Part shown: positions 45,121 to 53,048 of the stretch, one piece after another
Layout of the letters: each line of letters begins with the position of its first letter
Position numbering within the stretch: position 1 is the stretch's first letter
Source: a virus
Virus record (IMG/VR): IMGVR_UViG_3300033568_000010
Coordinates: 1-64,000 of that record
DNA: 64,000 nucleotides
Reading direction: 5' to 3' (one strand)
Notes under the pieces: generated by a model
What the model was told of the DNA's origin: nothing
The model's database searches: none
Seen by the model: only the letters and a program-made list of their open reading frames with translations
Program-made: the position numbers and the translations under genes

Positions 45121-48048
45121 TTGCTTAAGTGTACGCTTTGCCCTCTTGCACATCAGCAAGGGCTACAGACCAACTGCATGGGTTCTTATTTTAGCATTGC
45201 TAATAATGAGTACTCTCCACTCATTACTCTGGTAATAGAGTCTCCCTCTTTAGAGGATGACGCAGCACACTATCCTTTTTCTGATTTTGCATCCACAGGC
45301 AAAACTCCGGTAGCCCAAGTTGTATGGGATGTAATTGACCAGCTACAGATCCCAAGACAGTACATTAATGTTGTTCCTCTCGTTAGGTGCGCGTCTCGCA
45401 CGGGAGTTAAGTTTACAAGTGAAAATATTATCCCTTGCCTGAACCACCTCTGGGATGAGCTTAGAACATACAAGCCTAAGGTGCTGGTATGCATGGGACT
45501 ACCCGTAATTAAAGTACTCGCTGGTGTAAGTAAGTTAGCCTCTGCAAGAGGGATGTATGGTCATATTACTCTTCCAAAAAAGTACCCTGCTGTTCCAGAC
45601 GATCTAACAGATATTGAAGTCACTTCCACGGTATCTGCAGGTGCTGCGTGGATGCAGTCTGTTACTGGTACTGGGTCTGCTCGTTCACAGCTAGTCGAAG
45701 ACTTGCGATCTGTGTGGATGAAGGTATCAGGCACAGCTAAGGAGGGTACAAATGACTTTAAGTGGCTTGAAACCTATGAAGATATTGATTCTTATTTTCT
45801 AGAGGTAGAGCGCGACTGCAAAGAAGGGAATTCCCCCGGTGTAATTGTAGATATCGAGTCTAACCAAATGTTTGACCCTTGGACAGATAAGTCCAAGTTA
45901 GTTGCTGTGGGTTTTTGTCATAAGGCTGGGTATGCAAGAGCAGTAAAGGTATGTCATAAAGACCAGCAGCTATTCAATAACGGAGGACAGCCTGTATGGG
46001 AAGCGTTCTGCCGTCGTTTACAAACGCTTTTTGACAGGGCTAGAGTAGGTGGTTGGAATTTAAAGTTTGACTATAAATGGATAAAGGCGCATACTGGAGC
46101 AATTATACAGGACGTGTTTTTTGATGGGCATCTAGCTCATTACTTGCTGTACAATATGGACGGTAAGAAGCACGATCTTAAGAATGCTATTGTAGAAGAG
46201 CTTGGTATTTCTATCCCTGAAGCAGAGTTGCATGCAGACATGCAGAGGCTCAAGAGAGAAGGGTACGCAAAGGAAGACATCCACATGGGTAATGTAGACG
46301 AGGATATTCTTCTACGCTATCTGTGCGGAGACGTAGACTCTACGTTTAGACTCTACGAGCACTTAGACCCCATGCTGGATAATGACTACTGCTATAAGGA
46401 CGAGGAGTATCAGTCCAAGTACAAAGGAATGTCATTCAGAAAGCTTTATACTAACCTTATGCTGCCGTGCGTACTTGCTCTTCCAGAGATTGAAGAGAAT
46501 GGAATCAAGGTAGATCCTATGATGCTGGACTACCTTATTGATTCATACCCCGATAGATTGAAGCTCTTGTTTGACCCTATTAGGGAGTTCCCTGCAGCAC
46601 AGGAAGTATTGGGATTAGTTATAGCTGACGGTAAGCCAGAGGAGAATCTAGTAAGCTCTTATGTTTACCTGTCTAAGCTTTTCTATGAAGTTATCAAGTT
46701 TCCTACGGTGGAACTAAAGCTGCAACCTAAAACTAGAAAAACCAAGAGTGGAGATATTCAAACATACTACCCTACAGGTAAGCCTATTAGAGAGCAGCTT
46801 ACTGTATGGGCAGTCAATAATAACAGACCTGATCTTGTAAAGCTTATTAACGATATTTCTGCATACAAGAAAGCAACGAAGCTGTATACTTCATATGTTA
46901 CTAAAATTCATGGGTTCATGGGCAATCACGGTTACCTTAGAACTAACTACAACATAGGGGGAACGACTACAGGTAGAGCATCTACATCGTCTCCTTCTCT
47001 CCACATTCTTCCAAAGAAGAGTGACTTGAAGAAGATTTTTAAGTCTAGGTGGCACGAGGAGGGTGGTGTTATAATGCAAGCGGACTTCTCTCAGCTTGAA
47101 ATGAGAGTTGTTGCTGCCCTTGCAAAAGAAGATAAACTTATTAATATTTTCAAGAGCGGAGTAGATACTCACCGGCAGATGGCTGCTAAGCTCAACAAAA
47201 AAGCAGAAGAGGATGTAACTGCTGAAGAGCGGGATAAAGGAAAGACAATCTCCTTTGGAGTATTATACGGAATGCAAGCCGAATCAATGGCAGCTAAAAC
47301 CGGCCTAACCAAAGAAGAGTGTGTGGAAAAGATTGGTAACTTTTTTGATGAGTTTCCGCACATTGCGAAGTGGATGAAGAAGCAGTATAGAGATGCAAAG
47401 AAGAGGGCTGTAATCAGGCAGGGTACTGGAAGGTGTCAGTTCAACCCTAAGCTTAAATTGTATGACCCAACAAGTGACGGGTGGGAAATTGTAGATTACC
47501 AGTTTGACCAGTATGGGTACATCACTACAGAGTTTGGTAGAAAGAGAATACTGCAGGAAGCAAACCACTGGAAGTCCAGCTTTGCAGCTAAAGCAGAGCG
47601 AAAAGCGTTCAACACTCCGGTACAGGGTACTGCGTCAGATATTGCACTAGAAGCGCTGATCAGGATTTTCTTTAGACTTAAGAAAGAAAAGTTACAGAGT
47701 AAGCTGTTTGGATGGATTCATGACTCTATTGAGATAGACACCCACCCAACGGAAATTTTTCAAGTATACACAATATTGAAGGAGGAGATGGAAGAGATGC
47801 CCAGCCGACTGCACAAGTGGTTGAACGTTCCGCTTAAGGTTTCATTTGAGGTAGGCCATGGCTGGGGCTACATGGTTGAAATTAAAAATATGGACACAAC
47901 AACTAGGAAATTAGTTCTGGAGGGTGACGGTGATAACGTAAATTCTGTTGTACGCGCCCTAGGAACAGTGTATAATACTTCACAGATAAACGAAGAAATT
48001 GAAAAAAATGGTAAGGTAGTGGGAATCAAAGCCACTATACAGTGTTAA
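45121..48048 (+). CDS. Family A DNA polymerase with N-terminal UDG-like (family 4-type) domain and 3'-5' exonuclease domain
   Basis: ADFSQLEMRVVA (motif A), RDKGKTISFGVLYGM (motif B), IHDSIEID (motif C). VDIESN is the exo I motif. N-terminus is CTLCPL...LVIESPSLEDD. TTG start 4 nt after GGAGG. Confidence 0.85.
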   Translation: MLKCTLCPLAHQQGLQTNCMGSYFSIANNEYSPLITLVIESPSLEDDAAHYPFSDFASTGKTPVAQVVWDVIDQLQIPRQYINVVPLVRCASRTGVKFTSENIIPCLNHLWDELRTYKPKVLVCMGLPVIKVLAGVSKLASARGMYGHITLPKKYPAVPDDLTDIEVTSTVSAGAAWMQSVTGTGSARSQLVEDLRSVWMKVSGTAKEGTNDFKWLETYEDIDSYFLEVERDCKEGNSPGVIVDIESNQMFDPWTDKSKLVAVGFCHKAGYARAVKVCHKDQQLFNNGGQPVWEAFCRRLQTLFDRARVGGWNLKFDYKWIKAHTGAIIQDVFFDGHLAHYLLYNMDGKKHDLKNAIVEELGISIPEAELHADMQRLKREGYAKEDIHMGNVDEDILLRYLCGDVDSTFRLYEHLDPMLDNDYCYKDEEYQSKYKGMSFRKLYTNLMLPCVLALPEIEENGIKVDPMMLDYLIDSYPDRLKLLFDPIREFPAAQEVLGLVIADGKPEENLVSSYVYLSKLFYEVIKFPTVELKLQPKTRKTKSGDIQTYYPTGKPIREQLTVWAVNNNRPDLVKLINDISAYKKATKLYTSYVTKIHGFMGNHGYLRTNYNIGGTTTGRASTSSPSLHILPKKSDLKKIFKSRWHEEGGVIMQADFSQLEMRVVAALAKEDKLINIFKSGVDTHRQMAAKLNKKAEEDVTAEERDKGKTISFGVLYGMQAESMAAKTGLTKEECVEKIGNFFDEFPHIAKWMKKQYRDAKKRAVIRQGTGRCQFNPKLKLYDPTSDGWEIVDYQFDQYGYITTEFGRKRILQEANHWKSSFAAKAERKAFNTPVQGTASDIALEALIRIFFRLKKEKLQSKLFGWIHDSIEIDTHPTEIFQVYTILKEEMEEMPSRLHKWLNVPLKVSFEVGHGWGYMVEIKNMDTTTRKLVLEGDGDNVNSVVRALGTVYNTSQINEEIEKNGKVVGIKATIQC

Positions 48049-48055
48049 AGTTACT

Positions 48056-48520
48056 ATGTCAGACCCAATAGATAAAAGCGTGTTTGCTATTTTGGAAGAG
48101 ATTCCAAGCGAGCTACTGAGTAGTGAAGAGACGCAACGATATGTAGAAGTGCTGCAGTCAATTAACATCGGTCACAAAGAAATAGATGACCTGCGAGAAG
48201 AGCAGGTTGATCTCACTAGGACTGTAGTAAATCTAGCATTTGCCGTAGCTAACAGAGTTCGTGTATTAAAGTCGGAGTACGCTCCGATCAAGTCTAAAAT
48301 CATTGAAGAGGTGCAAGCGGCATCAAAGCATAAACTTACAAATGAGATGAGGGAACAATTAGTAGCGGGTCACCCATCCAGTGCTATTTATATTGATGCA
48401 ATTTCAATTGGAGAACTACTATTAGATCAACTTTCAGGGATAAGAAAAACACTAGACTATAGATACCAGATGGTATATGAAAAAAGTGTGGAAGCGCGGC
48501 ATGACCGCAAAGTTGGATAA
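48056..48520 (+). CDS. Possible UvsY-like recombination mediator
   Basis: 154 aa. TNEMREQLVAGHPSSAIYIDAISIGELLLDQLSGIRKTL parallels T4 UvsY SEMKTVLSADKDVLKVDTSLQYWGILLDFCSGALDAI. Adjacent to the SSB and recombinase genes. Confidence 0.35.
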   Translation: MSDPIDKSVFAILEEIPSELLSSEETQRYVEVLQSINIGHKEIDDLREEQVDLTRTVVNLAFAVANRVRVLKSEYAPIKSKIIEEVQAASKHKLTNEMREQLVAGHPSSAIYIDAISIGELLLDQLSGIRKTLDYRYQMVYEKSVEARHDRKVG

Positions 48521-48537
48521 ACAATAAAGGAGAGAAA

Positions 48538-49620
48538 ATGTCATACCTTAACGATCTAGCAGCATACGCAGACAATCGAGCAGCAAATGGTGGTAACAAC
48601 GAAAGTGACTGGAGCGACGATAAGTTCCGGTTCTTCAATATGAAGATTGATGGCAAGCGCATTGGAGACAACCTTTTCCGTATGTTTCTTATGCCTTATA
48701 CGTCCTCTACTACAGGTAACATGGAAATCTTCCGCTGGGTGTATAAGCACTTCCAGCTTCCAGTTGGTATTGACGGTGATGGACGAGTAGTTAAAGTTAC
48801 TAGAACTTGCCTAGCAAAAATGGACAACGCAGAGGCCAATGGAGCACATTGCCCGTTCTGTGATGTAATCAAACATGCATATTCAGAGCATGGTAATCCT
48901 AAGGGTAACGCTCTGCGTCGGACAGAGGCTACTGCACAGATCTATGCGAACTGTCTCCCACTTGCAGTACTTGGGAAGGTTCCTGATCCCAATGAGTATC
49001 CTTACCTCCCCCACATTGTTACACTCAAGAAGACTAACTACGACTGGATTGCTGATTTTATTCTTCGTAACGATTGTGCAGCTAGCCCTGACCTAGATCC
49101 ATTTAACCCATTTAATGCACTTCCCCTTGAGATCAATAAGAAGCGCACGGGAACAGAAGTGCAGAACGTCAAGTATGAGGCCGCGTTTAACCTTAAGCGT
49201 ATGCCTTTTGCTAACAGCGAGGAAGACCTAGAGACACTGTACGAAGAGATTTATGACCTCTACAGCATCTTTAAGTATCCTGATAAGGAAGGAATGTATG
49301 AGTCCTATCTGGCAGAAGCAGAGTACTTCGCCACACAGGCGAAGAGCATGCTTGTCGGTAACAAGCCTTCGGTAGGTGCAAGCCCGTTTAGAAGCCCAGC
49401 ACCGGCACCACAGGCACCTGTAGCTGCTCCTGTGGCCGCTCCAGCGGCAGCACCGACTGCAGCCCCTCAGGCGACAGCAAAGCCTTCCTCAATGCCACGA
49501 GCGTATGCTCCTGCACCTGTAGCAGCACCTGCTGCTCCCGCTGCTGCACAGAGGGCTGTACCTAAGGCTCCGTCCAAGGCTCCTGCTGTAGTTACTTCGG
49601 AATCAGAAAGTCCTTTTTAG
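48538..49620 (+). CDS. T4 gp32-like ssDNA-binding protein with an Ala/Pro-rich tail
   Basis: LFRMFLMPY, RTCLAKMDNAEANGAHCPFCDVI (Zn site) and RRTEATAQIYANCL parallel gp32 VIRFLPS, ETCSSTHGDYDSCPVCQYI and KRKTSYWANIL. The C-terminus ends SESESPF. Confidence 0.6.
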   Translation: MSYLNDLAAYADNRAANGGNNESDWSDDKFRFFNMKIDGKRIGDNLFRMFLMPYTSSTTGNMEIFRWVYKHFQLPVGIDGDGRVVKVTRTCLAKMDNAEANGAHCPFCDVIKHAYSEHGNPKGNALRRTEATAQIYANCLPLAVLGKVPDPNEYPYLPHIVTLKKTNYDWIADFILRNDCAASPDLDPFNPFNALPLEINKKRTGTEVQNVKYEAAFNLKRMPFANSEEDLETLYEEIYDLYSIFKYPDKEGMYESYLAEAEYFATQAKSMLVGNKPSVGASPFRSPAPAPQAPVAAPVAAPAAAPTAAPQATAKPSSMPRAYAPAPVAAPAAPAAAQRAVPKAPSKAPAVVTSESESPF

Positions 49621-49639
49621 GAGGGGGTACACAGATTGA

Positions 49640-49661
49640 GGGGGCATCTTCGGATGCCCCC
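49640..49661 (+). terminator. 9-bp GC-rich hairpin with a UUCG loop downstream of the SSB gene
   Basis: GGGGGCATC / TTCG / GATGCCCCC followed by GTTTCTGT. Confidence 0.5.
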
Positions 49662-49912
49662 GTTTCTGTATCTGCTGCTACCCCCATTTTACGTGACCCA
49701 ACCAAAATAAATACAGAAACAGGTAAACCTTTCTGCATTGGAAATGAGGATGCCTCCTCTCCTGTTTGCCTTACGTGTAGGCTTAGTATCGTCTGTAGAG
49801 AGATGCGTAAGCTAAAGAAGTCAGACCCTTCTGCAGTGGCAGAGATGATGAAAAGCGTAGTTGGTATAGACGATTCATTTGATGACGATGATGATGACGT
49901 AGAGGGAGAGTA

Positions 49913-51049
49913 ATGGGCAAGAAAACCGCATCGGAGCTTCAAGAAGCACTGAAAGAAATAAATAAAACAATTAAGGGTGAAGGTCTTAAGCTTATGTCTG
50001 AAGATCTTCACTCAGACATTCCTTTTTTTATCCCAACTGGTATCCCTACGCTAGATGCAGCAATAGGTGGCGGCTTGCCAGTTGGGCGGGTTGTTGAAAT
50101 CTTCGGAAAGCAGCAAGCAGGTAAATCGACACTAGCTATTTCCGCGTGTATTCAAACACAAAAGTTAGGCGGATTGGTTGTATATCTTGACGTAGAGAAC
50201 GCACTAGCTAAGGCCCGTGCAGAGTATCTAGGTCTAGACCTAACACAGGCAGTAGCTCTTGAGCCTTCTACGATGGAAGAGGCGTATAAGTACCTGCAGC
50301 ATCTAATTACTAAGTTTGGTACGTCAGACGATTATCCTTTTATTCTTGTTGTATGGGATACCCTTGCATTCACACTGTCCGAGACAGAGGTAGATGAAAA
50401 GGGAGAGATCAAAGCAGACATGGGTAAGCGAGCACAGAACATTCGACGCATTATGCGTAGAATGATTAAGCTGTGTGCTAACACTAACGTGTGCTTCCTT
50501 TCACTCAATCACATCACAGAAAAGATTGGTGGGTTTGTTACTCCCGGTGCCTATGAGGTTCCCGGTGGGTCTGCATTTAAATATGGTGCCAGTGTTCAGG
50601 TATTACTTCGTCCAGACAACTCTAAAAAGATCATGACTGACGATGAAGAGGATCAGGTGGGTGTACACGTCAAGTTTAGAATTGAAAAGACACGCCTATC
50701 TCCTCCTAAGCGCGAAGTATATGGAAGACTGAATTTCTATAGCGGGTTTGATCCTGCCGGTAGTGTACTGGACTATCTAATTGAAAGCGGTTTAGCGGTA
50801 AAAGAGGGAGTTAAGTATAACATCCCCGTACCAGAGTCAATGGGTTCCGTAGTTCAAATCTCTACTGGAGCAGTAGGGGATAAGAAGTTTCATGAGCTAT
50901 GGGACAGCAGTCAAGAGCTACAAGACTTTCTAACTAATCTAGTTAAGTCTGACTACGATGCGATTATCCCTTGGAAGAACCAGACTACTGCGCCTGCTGT
51001 TGAAACAGAAGCAACTAAAAAGAAAACTAAGTCTAAGGTAACCGCATAA
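49913..51049 (+). CDS. RecA/UvsX-family recombinase
   Basis: IPTGIPTLDAAIGGGLPVGRVVEIFGKQQAGKSTLAI, YLDVENAL and VPGGSAFKYGASV align closely by eye with E. coli RecA. Confidence 0.85.
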   Translation: MGKKTASELQEALKEINKTIKGEGLKLMSEDLHSDIPFFIPTGIPTLDAAIGGGLPVGRVVEIFGKQQAGKSTLAISACIQTQKLGGLVVYLDVENALAKARAEYLGLDLTQAVALEPSTMEEAYKYLQHLITKFGTSDDYPFILVVWDTLAFTLSETEVDEKGEIKADMGKRAQNIRRIMRRMIKLCANTNVCFLSLNHITEKIGGFVTPGAYEVPGGSAFKYGASVQVLLRPDNSKKIMTDDEEDQVGVHVKFRIEKTRLSPPKREVYGRLNFYSGFDPAGSVLDYLIESGLAVKEGVKYNIPVPESMGSVVQISTGAVGDKKFHELWDSSQELQDFLTNLVKSDYDAIIPWKNQTTAPAVETEATKKKTKSKVTA

Positions 51050-51930
51050 TGAATAATCCTGTACTACTTTTTGACGGAAATTATCTACTAACTAGAGCGT
51101 ACTACAGCGGTGCGTGGGAACTAAGTGCAGGAGATGAGCTTACAGGCGGATGCTTTGCTATGCTAAAAGCGATGCACCAAGCGTTTGATATGTTCAGCCC
51201 TTCGGCTGGCATTCTGGTGTGGGACGGTAAAAGGTCACCCAGACGAACAGAACTGCACCCTGAGTACAAGAAGAGGCCTATCTCTCACGAGAACCCAGAG
51301 GAGTACTTTGCTGCGTTTGAGTATCAAAAGAAGCTCACCATGGAAGCAGCTAGAATGCTAGGCATACTATCTGTTCTAGTAGAAAAAGAAGCAGACGATG
51401 TTATTTACTTTCTTACAAAACACTTTGAGTCTTCAATCGTAGTTTCAGAAGATAAAGACATGTTTCAAATGATTAATGACAACGTGTCAGTGTATCGCCC
51501 CATGAAGGGTGAATACATGACCCGCAATAAATTTAAGGAAGAGTATGGGTTTGACCCCACTAACTATCTACTTTATCGTTGCATTGTTGGTGACTCTTCT
51601 GATAATATCAAGGGTGTAGAGGGAGCAGGGGAGAAGACAGCGCAAGCTTACGTTAGAGCGTTGTGTGAGGGGATTGTACCTCCTGCGTCTGCTAAAACCA
51701 GACTAAAGAAGATTGTAGAATCACCGGCAGTCATTGAACGAAACATGGAACTTATGGACTGTAGCCGTGAAAACTTCACGGAAGAATTAAAGTCTAAAAT
51801 TATTGAAATTTGTGAATCACCTGCGGGTGTTAGCCCTACTACATTTAGTGAATTTTGTAAGGCCAAGTACTTTAGTACGTTGCTTGAGCCAGCATGGATT
51901 AACCCTTTTATTGCAGCGGAGAGAAGGTAA
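51049..51930 (+). CDS. 5'-3' exonuclease / flap endonuclease (T4 RNase H class)
   Basis: LLFDGNYLLTRAYY, EADDVIYF, SEDKDMFQM and GDSSDNIKGVEGAGEKTA are 5'-nuclease motifs. Confidence 0.75.
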   Translation: MNNPVLLFDGNYLLTRAYYSGAWELSAGDELTGGCFAMLKAMHQAFDMFSPSAGILVWDGKRSPRRTELHPEYKKRPISHENPEEYFAAFEYQKKLTMEAARMLGILSVLVEKEADDVIYFLTKHFESSIVVSEDKDMFQMINDNVSVYRPMKGEYMTRNKFKEEYGFDPTNYLLYRCIVGDSSDNIKGVEGAGEKTAQAYVRALCEGIVPPASAKTRLKKIVESPAVIERNMELMDCSRENFTEELKSKIIEICESPAGVSPTTFSEFCKAKYFSTLLEPAWINPFIAAERR

Positions 51931-52622
51931 TGGTGCGTAATACAACTTATGTAGTGGGGTTTAGTGGGCTTGCACAATCAGGCAAGGATACTACAGTACA
52001 GAATCTGATAGATATGCAGTTTATCTATCCTACAGCGAAGATTAGACGCTTCTCATTTGCGGACGAGCTAAAGAAGATGTATGCTTACTTTCTTTATGCA
52101 AAGCATAGAGGGGACGATGAGTACCTGCGTAGCATCATTAATAATTCAGGGTATACTTCTGGTCTTTCTGACTCAGAAAAACGTAGTGTTAATCAGTTTT
52201 TTGTGGATAACACTGCTATGCCTCCTTTTGAGCGTACTAACGAGGAGCATAAGAAGCAGCACAGGCGTCAGTTAATTGATCTTGGAATGCTCATGCGTAC
52301 TATTAAAGCTGATTACTGGGTAAACATTGTTAAGGAAGAAATTGATAGGTCTTTAGTTGACTTTGCTTGTATCAGTGACGTTAGGTTTGAGAATGAGTTG
52401 TGTGTATGCGATTCTCTTGTTAGGATTCACCGAGATTCTATCGAACCAATTTATATTGATGGTAAGATTCCAGAGTCAGAGGTTCTGGCACTAGACAACG
52501 ACATTTACGACTACTACATTGATAATTCCGGTTCTCTACTTGCTCTTAAGGAAGAGACTACAAAATTATACTGGCATATGCTTAGGTCACACCCTGAGTT
52601 CGCCAACAGGATGCACAACTAA
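51930..52622 (+). CDS. Deoxynucleoside monophosphate kinase (T4 gp1-like)
   Basis: GFSGLAQSGKDT P-loop, LIDLGMLMRTIKADYWV and DNSGSLLALKEE parallel T4 gp1. Confidence 0.65.
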   Translation: MVRNTTYVVGFSGLAQSGKDTTVQNLIDMQFIYPTAKIRRFSFADELKKMYAYFLYAKHRGDDEYLRSIINNSGYTSGLSDSEKRSVNQFFVDNTAMPPFERTNEEHKKQHRRQLIDLGMLMRTIKADYWVNIVKEEIDRSLVDFACISDVRFENELCVCDSLVRIHRDSIEPIYIDGKIPESEVLALDNDIYDYYIDNSGSLLALKEETTKLYWHMLRSHPEFANRMHN

Positions 52623-53048
52623 ATGAAAGTGTGTAGTAAATGTGGTGTAGAAAAAGAGCTTACCGAGTTTTGGAAAAACAAACAGGCTAAGTCAGGGTAT
52701 AACTATTCTTGCAGAACGTGTATGGGGGCACACAGCAGAAGCCCTAAGACCAGAGCAGCAGGAAGAAAGTACGCTAGGGCGTGTAGGCAGAAAGCATTGG
52801 ACCACTACGGAAGTGTATGTGCCTGTTGTGGTGAATCCACTTATGAATTTTTAGTAATAGACCACATTAATGGTGGTGGCACTAAACATAGAAAAGGCAT
52901 AGGTGTTAAACGAGCAGGTGCTGTTATATATAGGTGGCTGAAGCAGAATAATTATCCTGAAGGATTTAGGGTGCTTTGTCAGAATTGCAATTCAGCGTTG
53001 GGGCACTATAAATATTGCCCTCATACTAAAATGGAGAACATTAAGTGA
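52623..53048 (+). CDS. Free-standing HNH endonuclease
   Basis: CACCGES...LVIDHINGGG...H...LCQNCNS is an HNH core. N-terminal zinc ribbon CSKCG...CRTC. Starts at TAAATG and ends inside a GTGA overlap. Confidence 0.75.
   Translation: MKVCSKCGVEKELTEFWKNKQAKSGYNYSCRTCMGAHSRSPKTRAAGRKYARACRQKALDHYGSVCACCGESTYEFLVIDHINGGGTKHRKGIGVKRAGAVIYRWLKQNNYPEGFRVLCQNCNSALGHYKYCPHTKMENIK

Noticed and set aside
49592-50011. 139-aa minus-strand ORF across the SSB-recombinase gap
   Set aside because: It begins inside the recombinase gene and is antisense with a Ser/Phe-rich low-complexity translation. The unexplained signal in this gap is on the + strand (see the finding).
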